Shown here: piece after piece, positions 21,401-33,400 of the stretch
How the letters are laid out: each line of letters begins with the position of its first letter
Position numbering within the stretch: position 1 is the stretch's first letter
The notes under the pieces: model-generated
Seen by the model: the letters and a program-made list of their open reading frames with translations, nothing else
What the model was told of the DNA's origin: nothing
Databases searched by the model: none
Made by a program: the position numbers and the translations under genes
Assembly (NCBI GenBank): GCA_002269645.1
Contig: NIVC01002701.1
Span: 62,001 to 126,000, forward strand
Source: Macrostomum lignano
Lineage: Eukaryota
DNA: 64,000 bases
Direction: 5' to 3'

Positions 21401-24400
21401 GGTCCCGAGCTGTCCCGTGGGTCATCATGACTCTGGTGGCTCGCCGAGGACCGCAAACGGCGGATCCGGGTAACGGAGTCTTCGCCCGTGAGGTCAATGA
21501 CCTCCGGCTGCGAGTTCTCCCGTCGCTGGCGATGCCGTCCGCGTCCTCGGCGACGTCGCGGTCGCGAGGCGTCCCTTGACCGAGGCGTCTCGTCGTTACG
21601 GCGTCGGTCCGGCGGCGGCGATCGTCGATTGGGCGGCGGGGACGGGGACCGACTATACGGAGTCTGGCCGAGACGCAATCTGGGATGTACGCGCTGGACC
21701 CAGGGAGGCCGGGGCGCACTTTCCCATTGGCCGGCAGCCGCGCCGATGGCGGGGCCAGCATCGGCGGGGCAGAACAGCTGTCTGCGCTGCGCTGTCGCTC
21801 GCTCGTCGGAGCTTGAGCGGTCCGTTCGCTTTGGCGGGCGAGATTGGTGCATTTCTGCGCTGAAATGGTTGAAATTTTGTGTGCGCATGCGGGCGGTGCG
21901 ACTAGCGTACGTTTGCGCCCTAGTGTCGCTAATAAGAAGCCTCTCTGGAGGCCTACGATCCCTAGCTAGCCTACCGAAACCTACAGGCTCTACAGGCGCT
22001 TCCACCGGAGTGGTGCATGGCGATGGTACACGAGACTGTACCGCAGAAAAAGGTTCGGGGGGAGTAGGGACATGGACGGGCGAAAAGGAAGCAGCAGGCA
22101 CAGATGCATTAGAAACAGGCTCACGCAAGTGGCATTCACCATACGGCACTGGCTCACGCCGAAGTGCACTTGCCTGGTTCGCTGGTGTCGTGTTCGGTCC
22201 ACCTCCTGGCTGCACCTCCGGGATTGCCAGAGGCCGGAAGTACCACCAGAGAGCCGGCCTCACATCATCGTCCTCGTTGTCATCGGGATCTTCGAGCTCT
22301 TCCTCGGGAACCGGTGGCAGGGTCGCGGGTCCTGCACCGTCAGGATCATCTGGCTGCCGTCTGCGCTTCTTCGCCTTCTCGACTTCGGGATCTGAAATCA
22401 TCGCGTAGTCAGCGTCAGGAACGTGGAGCAGGTTGCGGCGATGAACAACAAGTTCATCCCGTCGGGCTCGCGGGTTGGGCAGTCTACGGCGAATCTTGTA
22501 GACTACCTCGCCTTTGGGTTTTACGACTTCGTAGAGTGCTTTGCGGGGTCGATGAAACTTCGCCGCCTCGTCCGGTTCGAGCACCGGGTTGTTGAGGAAA
22601 ACCAGGTCACCGGGCTTGAGCTTCTTGGCCTTCGGCAGGTTGGAGTAGTGCTCGTCTCGAAGTTGCTGATGCAGATGCAGGCGTTCTTTAGCTAGCTCAG
22701 TCGCTTCGTCTAATCGGCGCTGGAAGTCCTTGACATAGTCAGGCAAGTCGGCATACTCGGGCAGCTTCTTCAGCGCGTTGTCGATCGGCAGTCGGAAGTC
22801 ACGGCCAAACACCAGGTAGTGGGGCGTGAATCCTGTCACCGGATGTACACTAGAGCGGAGAGCCATCAGACAGGCTGGAAGGAAGGTGTCCCAGTCGTTG
22901 TGGTTTCGCTCGAGGAGGCAGGTGAGAACGCTCTTCAGCTGCTTGTTGAGGTTCTCGACTGACCATTTGAAGCTGGATTGTACGGTGTTGTCGTCGTATG
23001 CCGGATGCCAAACAGGTCGCAGAACTTCTTGAAGCTGAGCCGTGAAATTGGTTCCTTGGTCAGTGTGTATCCAGCATGGTACACCAAAGTCAGGGATCAA
23101 GCGCTCCTGCAGGATCTTGATGACCGTCTTGGCTTTCTGGTTCCTCATCGGATAGGCGAACGGGTACTTCGACGTCGCGTCGCACAAGGTCAATATGTAG
23201 CGGTTCCCACTCTTGCTCCTCTGGGCAATAGGGCCTACTTCATCGCAGTGTACTCTTCCTAGTACTTCGCAGACTGGGAAGCTTTGAACTGGAACTTTGT
23301 CTCGCCTTCGCGATTTGCTTTCGAGACAGGCACGACATCTGCTGATAAAATTCTCGGTGACGCGGGCTAATCCGGGCCGCCAGAATCTTTCTCGCAATCG
23401 TTTCAGCGTTTTTGTCTGGCCTAGGTGACCACACAGTGGCGAACTGTGGAGCTCCTGGAGCACCTGGGCCTCGAGGGCTTCGGGCAGGACAACCTTCGGG
23501 ACTGCTGACCGTCAGTTAGGTCGATCATCAACAAGTCGTCCTCCACTCGCAAATTCTCAAAATAACCGAGCAGGTTCCGCTGCTCCTTCGACAGGCGCAA
23601 TCGGGCATCAAACTCTGGCTTCGGGGCTTCGTTCTTAACCAGATTGAGCACGTAGCTGATAGCTCGGTCGGCGCGCTGCGCGTCGACAAACTGTTGCCGC
23701 GTCATCGGCAACCTCAGAAAATCCGTGAGCACAGCGCGGCATGGCTGAGGGGTCATGACTCCCGCAGTCTCCGCTTCTTTGGCTCGCAGTTGATCACACG
23801 ACTCCGTCTTGTCGGCGTCAGGATTAGGTCGCTCCGAGGGACTTTGTCTCACAACGTCGGCGTACGATCGCTGATCCCGTTTCGAAGTTCTCATCGTCGC
23901 TCTCTTGACAGGAATTTCTGCAGCTGGAGCAGTGCACTTGCCTCCACTGCACAGCCCAGGCGACTCTTGGCTGTAGGGCGAGACGCAACACGTGAAGCAC
24001 GCCTCGTCGCAGGCAGCCGTAGCCGTCGGCTCGATCATCGTCGTCATTGGGTGAGTCTTCTCCTGCACTGGGCGGTGTCGCAAAGGGGGACTCGACTTTC
24101 CGCACAGGCGATGAGCAGCTGTCTGTCGGCTCGGGGGACAGAGCGTTGACCTTGCAGCCGTCGCGAGAGTCTGGCCTCTGTCAACACGGCGAGAACTCTC
24201 AGCGCAAAACTCCGGGGAGTTGAACTTACATTGCTGGTCTGGATTCGCGTTGTGGGCTGTCATCAGGAGGGCTGCTTGTTCAGTGGCCTCTGAGTCGTAG
24301 TCCATGGGCGTCTCCAGGTTCCGAGACCCGCAGTCTTGGACATCATCAAGGAAGTCTACGTCAGCAGTGGCCTCCGAGGTTTTGTCCGGGCGAATCTCCA

Positions 24401-27400
24401 AGTAACAGCAGTCGGCGTGGGCGTCGCTGCGGAGGGCTGAGGTGTCAGTGGCCTCCGGGTTGGTGTCCAAACCGGTCTCCTGGCGTTGACTGCGGCGATG
24501 GTCGTCGTGCTGAAGGGCTGCTGGCGCGGTGGCCTTCAGGTCTTCGGCCAGGGCAGTCTTGGCCTCCTTGTTGCGAGTGCGGACCTTCTTCGAAAGGGCT
24601 GGTCTTGCAGTGGCCTTCCGGGTGGTGTCCAAGTCCGGCTCCAAGCTGGTGTCATCATCGTGTCGCGCTGCAGAACCGGGATGCTCAAGCAGTCGGCCAT
24701 GTTCGAAGTCAACCGGTGGTGTCTCCGGGCGTCTTGACAGGGCGTCGGCGTTGGCGTGGTCCTTGCCTTTGCGATGGTGAAGCTGGAAGCGGAACTCGCT
24801 CAGTCGCTCAATCCAACGGCCCAAGATGCCTGTGACCTGCGTCTGGTTCAGCAGCCACAGCAAGGCCCGATGGTCAGAACGAACTTCAAACTTCTTGCCA
24901 ATTAAATAATGACGGAAATGTCGCATCGCGTCCACGATTGCAAGCAGCTCTTTCTTCGTGACCGTGTAGCGCTTCTCAGGATCACGAAGCTTCCGGCTAA
25001 AGAATGCAATTGGGCGCTCGACGCCGTCGGATTGCCGTTGTCCAAGACAAGCGCCTATGCGAATGTCTGAGGCATCAGTGTCTAGGACAAACTTCACATC
25101 AGGATCTGAGTTAAACTCAGGCAGAGCGAGAACTTCAGTCGAACACAACTTCTTCTTCAACGTGTCGAACGCTACCTGGTGCTCATCAGTCCAATGCTGC
25201 CGCAGGCTGCCGATGTCCTTTCGAGTCAGGGCATGCAGCGGCGCAGCAAATCCAGCGTAGCCGTTGACAAACTTGTGGTAGTAATTGGCGAGGCCTAGGA
25301 ATTGTCTCAGTTGAGTAACGGACTGTGGCACGGGCCAATCACGGATCTGCGCAATCTTGTCCTCACAGGTCTTCAGGCCGTCGGGAGTCACGACGTGGCC
25401 TAGATAATGCAGCTCCTTGAGGAACAAATGGCACTTCTTCGGCTTGACCTTGAGGTTGGCTGCGATAATCCGCTGGAGTACAGTCCGCAGGTTGTCCAGC
25501 TGCTCCTCGAAGGTCGCAGAGTGCACCACGATGTCATCCATGTAGCCAAGCGCAGTCTTTGGCGTCAGGCCGTCCAGGAGCTTATTGATGCAACGCTGAA
25601 AGCTGCCTGGACTATCGTGGAGACCCATCGGTAGAACATTGAAACAGAATTGTCCGCGGTCAATCACAGAGAACGCCGTCAGGTGCTGATCGCAGTCGCG
25701 CAGCGGGATCTGCCAGAATCCTTGAGCGAGATCCAAGCTAGAGTACCACTGGGCACCACGCAGCTTCGCGAAGGTCTCCTGAATGTGCGGCAGCGGGTAC
25801 GGGTGGTACACACACTTGTCGTTGAGAGCTCTGAAGTCATGCACCAGCCTGATGTTGCCGTCCTTCTTGGGCACTATCAGCATTGGCGAGTTGTAGCTAG
25901 AATAAGCTGGGCGAATGATGTGCTTCGCCAGCATCTCGTCTAGCAGGGCGTCTAGCTTGTCCTTTAGATGAGGCGGGATCCTGCGCGGTGGTAGCGCAAC
26001 TGGTGTCCGATCCTTCAGGATGATCTCGTGGGTCACCAGGTGTGTCAGGCCAGCGTCTAGCAGGTGCTTCGAGAAGGCTGCTTGACACTCAACTAGTAGA
26101 TCTCGCACTCTCTGTCGTTGATCTTCGGACAGTTCGCTGTTGATCTCGACTTCCTCTAGCCAAGCTGTGCTGGACTCTTCAGGGCTCCTTGGCAAATGTC
26201 GCACTTCAGGTTCCGGCGTTTCTTCCAGGTACATCAAGTCGGCAGTTCTAAGTGGTGTCGCAACACCAACGCGGATGCCCGACTGCAGGAACACCTCGCA
26301 GTCAGCAGTGTTGACACCTCGATGTAGCCTCGACCTTCAGGCATCGTCATCAGAGCTGGAGCTGCTTCCAGAGTGTTGCAGCTGGGGTGCAGTCTCGACT
26401 TCACCAGCTCGACGATTGATGGCGATCCTCGGTTCTCGGGGTGGCCGACATCCAACTGGACGGCCAACAGCGCTGAGCTTCTCGGCGGCAGAGTGCACTT
26501 CTCGGAGGTGTACACCCGGCATGATTGAAGCTCACGGCGCGAATATCGAACGGGAATGCACGCGCCATTGTTGAACTTTAGCATTCCTTGAGCGAAGTCC
26601 AAGTTCTGGCAGTGCTCACGCATGAAATTAATACCAAGCAAATTTTCACAATCGGTGACCGTGACCAGGAATTCGGTGTCCGCGACGACATCACCGAACT
26701 CCACCGGGATGATCACCTTACACGCAAGGGGTAGCTGCGTACCGTCGTACATGGTCACGCAATCCGGGATAGCATGCGATATAATACAACGAGGCATCCG
26801 ACGTCTAACATTGGCCCAGGTCGACGCTCCAAGAAAGTTTTTCCGACTGCCGCTGTCTAGTAGGAAAGGGACTTCTCGGCCCGCCAATCGGCCGGTGACG
26901 TACGGATCGGCCTCACGCGCATGGATTTTTTGATCATCGGAGGTGTCCACGAAACCTCCGGGCTCCGCGCCACTTACTGACGAGCGACTGTCGGACTGGG
27001 CATTGGCGCCTGCGCAGCCGACATCCTCTTCTTCTCGTGACCTCTCGGAGTCTGCCAAGTAGCCGGGGCTTGGGCTCTTCGGAGGGCGGTGCCGTGGGCG
27101 CTCTCCGGCTGGCCGTTTCCCTGGTTCTGGCGGAGCGGGCATTGGGCGTTACGGTGGCCTGGCTGACCACAGCCATAGCAGATCATGGCCTTCGTCGGCG
27201 GGCTCGTCTGCTGCTGCTGATCACGCTGAGCCAAGTCGCTGAGCAGCTTCTGCTGCTTCTCGAGTACTTCGGTCAAAGCCAACAGGGCTTGGGCAGTGGC
27301 GTCTGATATCGGGCGAGCGTCCTGCTCCCCGTCCAACATTCTAACCGGGGGTTGAGCGGAGCGCTGGGCCAGCTCTCTGGCACCTTCTAGACGGTGCAGC

Positions 27401-30400
27401 TCTCGAATTGCGGCAAGCAAGTTGTTTGGGCGCACCCAATACAGTCGTTCTCGCAAATCTGGGGTTGTCCGCAGGCCGGCAAGGAACTGATCAGCCAGCT
27501 CCTTCTCGCAGTCCTCGGGATGCATCCTCGGGTATGCACGCTCTCCTAGGGTGCGCAGCGAATCAGCGTACTCTTCTACGGACTCATTCTTGCCTTGCTG
27601 ACGCCTCCTTAGAAGCTCTCGATACTCATCAGCGCCACCATGGCGCGCAAATCGCTCGATTAAACGCTGTTTAACCTCTTCGTAGCTGGCGAACCTTGGC
27701 AGATGCATGCTGAGCAGGGCCGGATACGCAGTAGACAGATCCAGACTCGCGATGAGGTGCTGCTTCATCTCGAACGGGTCGACGACTCGCTCCATCTCGC
27801 AACGCTGCTCGAACGCGGCAAGCCAGACATGAATGTCCTGACTTGGAGTAAATTTAACAATCTTAATCTGTTTACTCACCGGTCGCTCTATTTGCTGCTG
27901 CAGCGCTGCCATCATGGTCCTCAGGTCCAATGGTCTGACGGTCTGGCCAAGGTCATCCAAGCCTCGCAGAAGCTCATCGGGCGGGTCCTCGGACACCTCG
28001 CTTCGTGCGCTTCGCCTCGGCGCGGGCCTCTGACAGAAGTCACCGGTCGTTGCTGCTGCCGCGGCGGCGTCTGCTGCCGCAGGCCTCGAACTGCTGATGT
28101 GCTGATCCAGCCGGCTGCTACTCCGGCTCTCGTCTCGCTCGTTGAACATGCTGATCTCGTAGCTGACCGAAAAGTCGTTCTCGAAAAAGGGCGGTTGGCT
28201 TGGGTGTTTCGAAGTCGGATCCCACCGCTGCCACCAGTGAAGTGTTTGTAGGTCTCTCTCGGGGTTGTCTCGAGGTGGCCTGGTAGGTCTTTGAATCCCA
28301 CCGCTGCCACCAGTGAAGTGGTTGCTTGTACTTTCCTCGATAGCGTCTAGAGGTGGCCTGGTAGGTCTTTGAATCCCACCGCTGCCACCAGTGAAGTACT
28401 CTGTTATTCCGGCTACTTCCCTGTCAGTCACGTGAGCTGCCTACTTTGAGCTCTTGGTAGACTCTCCCAGGAAGTCTTCTAGCAATCCTTGGTAGTGTTG
28501 GTAGTGCTGCCACCAGCTCGCTCGGATCTTGTCCTTCGGTGAGGGAGACTCCGGGCTGAGCGAAAGAAACGAGACACGAGAACTCAGCACGTCGTGCAGA
28601 TTTGACCGTTTGTACCGGTGCACACCTCGTCAGCGGTCCTGCCGGGCTCAAGTGTGGGGATGAGGAACTGTGCTAGTCTCTGTTAGTTCGGTTGGGATTT
28701 AGCACACTCGAGGACACACAGCCGCAGATGGATCAGAAATCAGATAGGTTGGCTAAGGCCTAGCGTAAGCTGCGCTGGACTTCCAACAGAGCAGTTATCA
28801 GAAGAACTAACGCACAGGTAAACGAGAGGTTTCACAGAGGGGGCGGTTGCCAAACAGAGGCACGAGAGGCCCGTACTTATAGGGTAGCGGATCGGTTTCA
28901 CCATACCGTGCAACACCCCATTGCGCCAGAGTGCGCAAGGCCGCTCTCACTGCCCCCAATCTGGCGTGAATCAGTTCTATTTTTAGAAACAGGCGCGGAA
29001 CCCTCAATTTGAGAGGCAAGGACGCCATTCCTAATTTAGAGCCTGACACCCGAGATTGCACAAGGCAGCGCAAGAAAAGGACAGAGCGCCGGGGCACGTG
29101 ATCCGCTCCCGTACGGCCAGACAGAGAGTACAGCCAGAACTGGCTGGACTCGAGCCAAGAGAACGCAGCCACACAAAAAGGGGGGAAGGAGACAGACAAA
29201 GAATGAAACAAGGACAGGCCGAGCGGAGAAGCTCAGACGCTGGGAACGCAAACGAACCGGAAAAAGGGGGGACAAAAGGGAGCGCAGGCAGACAAAAGGA
29301 CAACGAGGGAGGGAGAGGGAGAGAGAGGAGTGGGAGAGGGAGAGAGAGAGGGAGAGGGAGAGAGGGAGGGAGAGCTGCGGCCAGCGGCAGCCAACAGCTC
29401 AGGAGGGCGCAGGGCACAGCTGACAAAGGGGGCACCTAACACTAAAGTAGTGCTCACTTCACCAATAAGGGGAAAGGCGCTAAGAAAGGCGCCAATGAGG
29501 AGAGAGGCGCTAAGAAAGGCGCCAATGAAGGTGCCGATGGGGGCGGCGCGGTTGCTGAAGCTATCTTTCTTTTGCATGCAAGACTTATTGAATTGAATGA
29601 TTCAATTCAATTGCAAAGAGATTCTTTGACTCAGTGAAGGATTGGATAATCTTTCATTATGCAGAGAAAAATATCAAATAATAATTTTAAAAAGTTCTTT
29701 CCGTTCATTTCTAGCTGAATATTCAGTTTATGAGCGTCAGATTTGACTTCTGTAATTTCATCTGCTATCTTGTGCGCTAAAAGTGGTTGAAATTTTAATC
29801 AGAAAGCCGCAAAGAAGAACCGCTTTGTAAATTAGTTTTGCTTCCAGTCCAAATTATCAAAATTTAATAGTCCATGTTATCCATTGGTCTATTATAAGCT
29901 ATGAGTAAGCCATGTACGCTTGCTTCGCGAACTCCAGTACGAGTTATATCAATATTGAAGACCTTCAAGTGAACCGAAATTTTGTTCTCAAAGCTGATTT
30001 GAATTTTTCCATTATCAATTTCCATTATCCATTTTGTTGCATTAATTGATTGCATTTCCGTGCTTTCAGCAGAGACCATTCAATTCATTTCCTATAGAAA
30101 ACAGCAGGCTCGAAAGCTTTAAAAAGGGATCTTAGCGAGTGTAATTCAGTAAAAATAATCCATTTTCAAACGGCAACTAATGCAACCGGAATGCTGTTTG
30201 TCGAAAAAATGATTAATTTGTAGCCTGGGAAGGCATTTCTGATGAGCTCATCAAATTTTCAGCTTCTTAACGTCAATTAGAAGGAAGATTAGTATCCAAA
30301 TTCTGTGTGCTTTCGAGGTTATCTTGCTGACTCGGGTAAAGGCGCTTTAGATTGGATGGGGATGCTCAGTAGGATAATATAAATGCTGAATAGGATAAAG

Positions 30401-33400
30401 ATGCTGAGTAGGAAGAAGACGCTGAGCAGAATGGAGATGCTGAGCAGGATGAAGATGCTGAGAAGGATGATGAAGATGCTGAGTAGGATGATGAAGATGC
30501 TGAGTAGGATGAAGATGCTGAGCAGGATAAAGATGCTGAGCAGGATGAAGATGCTGAGAAGGATGATGAAGATGCTGAGTAGGATGATGAAGATGCTGAG
30601 TAGGATGAAGATGCTGAGTAGGATAAAGATACTGAGCAGGATGAAGATGCTGAGCAGGATGAAGATGCTGAGCAGGATGAAGATGCTGAGCAGGATAAAG
30701 ATGCTGAGCAGGATGAAGATGCTGAGCAGGATGAAGATGCTGAGCAGGATAAAGATGCTGAGCAGGATGAAGATGCTGAGCAGGATGAAGATGCTGAGCA
30801 GGATGAGGATGCTGAGCAGAATGGAGATGCTGAGTAGGATGAAGCTGCTGAGCAGGATGAAGATGCTGAGAAGGATGATGAAGATGCTGAGTAGGATGAT
30901 GAAGATGCTGAGTAGGATGAAGATGCTGAGTAGGATAAAGATGCTGAGCAGGATGAAGATGCTGAGCAGGATGAAGATGCTGAGCAGGATAAAGATGCTG
31001 AGCAGGATAAAGATGCTGAGAAGGATGATGAAGATGCTGAGTAGGATGATGAAGATGCTGAGTAGGATGAAGATGCTGAGTAGGATAAAGATGCTGAGCA
31101 GGATGAAGATGCTGAGCAGGATGAAGATGCTGAGCAGGATGAAGATGCTGAGCAGGATAAAGATGCTGAGCAGGATGAAGATGCTGAGCAGGATGAAGAT
31201 GCTGAGCAGGATAAAGATGCTGAGCAGGATGAAGATGCTGAGCAGGATGAAGATGCTGAGCAGGATGAAGATGCTGAGCACGATGAGGATGCTGAGCAGA
31301 ATGGAGATGCTGAGTAGGATGATGAAGATGCTGAGTAGGATGATGAAGATGCTGAGTAGGATGAAGATGCTGAGCAGGATAAAGATGCTGAGCAGGATGA
31401 AGATGCTGAGCAGGATGAAGATGCTGAGCAGGATGAAGATGCTGAGCAGGATGAAGATGCTGAGCAGGATAAAGATGCTGAGCAGGATGAAGATGCTGAG
31501 CAGGATGAAGATGCTGAGCAGGATGAAGATGCTGAGCAGGATGAAGATGCTGAGCAGGATGAAGATGCTGAGCAGGATGAAGATGCTGAGCAGGATGAAG
31601 ATGCTGAGCAGGATGAAGATGCTGAGCAGGATGAAGATGCTGAGCAGGATGAAGATGCTGAGCAGGATGAAGATGCTGAGCAGGATGAAGATGCTGAGCA
31701 GGATGAAGATGCTGAGCAGGATGAAGATGCTGAGCAGGATGAAGATGCTGAGCAGGATGAAGATGCTGAGCAGGATGAAGATGCTGAGCAGGATGAAGAT
31801 GCTGAGCAGGATGAAGATGCTGAGCAGGATGAAGATGCTGAGCAGGATGAAGATGCTGAGCAGGATGAAGATGCTGAGCAGGATGAAGATGCTGAGCAGG
31901 ATGAAGATGCTGAGCAGGATGAAGATGCTGAGCAGGATGAAGATGCTGAGCAGGATGAAGATGCTGAGCAGGATGAAGATGCTGAGCAGGATGAAGATGC
32001 TGAGCAGGATGAAGATGCTGAGCAGGATGAAGATGCTGAGCAGGATGAAGATGCTGAGCAGGATGAAGATGCTGAGCAGGATGAAGATGCTGAGCAGGAT
32101 GAAGATGCTGAGCAGGATGAAGATGCTGAGCAGGATGAAGATGCTGAGCAGGATGAAGATGCTGAGCAGGATGAAGATGCTGAGCAGGATGAAGATGCTG
32201 AGCAGGATGAAGATGCTGAGCAGGATGAAGATGCTGAGCAGGATGAAGATGCTGAGCAGGATGAAGATGCTGAGCAGGATGAAGATGCTGAGCAGGATGA
32301 AGATGCTGACTACATACCTATCTATCAGGATCTGTACAAGTCCGCTATATCCCCAGCCGGCTCAGCTCACCATGATGTACTCCGGTCGCACATGGAAGGC
32401 CTGATGCGCCCCGCCAAGTGACAGCAGCACGGAGTTGAGCATCAGGGTGTCATCCAGGCAGTCGACAGCAGCTCCCAGCGATTGCATCACTGCAATTCCG
32501 TGTCTTTCCACCTTTTCTCGATCGAATTTGCCCGCGTCTCTGCCGCTTGATTGACGGCTGGGGTCTGCAGCCATCAGTCTGTAGAACAGGTCCCTCACGT
32601 CCCGGTCAGTTTGAAATAGCCTTGTTTTGGTGTTCGATGAAAATAAATGGATGAATGCTACCTGTTAGACACCTTTTTACACACTGATGGCATCTGTTAG
32701 ATACCTGTTACATACACGGAGGTTGAGTGTTAATTTAAAAAGATATTAGCATTGCCTTTTTAAACAAATAATTCCTCATATTTAACAAGAAACTTCAAAC
32801 TTTATAAAAAAGTTCATGAAAACACTCATGCAGTTTAAGCACTAAACCGTAAAATTTCGTGGAAAATTCACTTGACTTCATAAATGGTAAGACAATAAAT
32901 TTTGAATTTTTTGTAAGATAGCTCGATCACAGTAAGAAATCTATTGTTTTAGGAATATTGGTTTTTTTAAAAAGCTACTGAAATTCCTTTTCAGAAGCAA
33001 ATTCCAGCGATCCGAGCTCACAAAGCGAATAGAAGAGGTGTCAAGTAACGCATGAGTGTGCGGTGCAATAAAACTGCCTCCGTTCATGCAGGAATCCAAT
33101 CCTGCTTGCAGGGATACATCAGGAATAATAGCATTGTGCTCATGCCATCTCAAAACATCTGAATACTACTAGCGAGCAATAAATGTGCTGTTAACCTTCC
33201 CGTGCACCCAGCTGTGACCAATAGTACGAGCTAGCTATGACCAATACTAGCTATGACCAATACTAGGCTATGACCAATACTAGGCTATGACCAATACTAG
33301 CTATGACCAATACTAGCTATGACCAATACTTGCTATGACCAATACTTGCTGTGACCAATACTAGCTATGACCAATACTAGCTATGACCAATACTTGCTAT

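Larger units (their letters stand above)
18808..29461 (-). mobile_element. Full-length Ty3/Gypsy LTR retrotransposon (about 10.65 kb) in globin intron 2
   Basis: Two 1224-bp LTRs with TGAAGTG..CACTTCA termini; 4-bp TSD CCAA (18804-18807, 29462-29465); PBS and PPT present; gene order gag-PR-RT-RH-INT. Confidence 0.96.

Noticed and set aside
30319-32404. 673-aa MLSRMK and 320-aa LLSIFI ORFs
   Set aside because: Products of an 18-bp repeat inside the globin intron; no unique coding content
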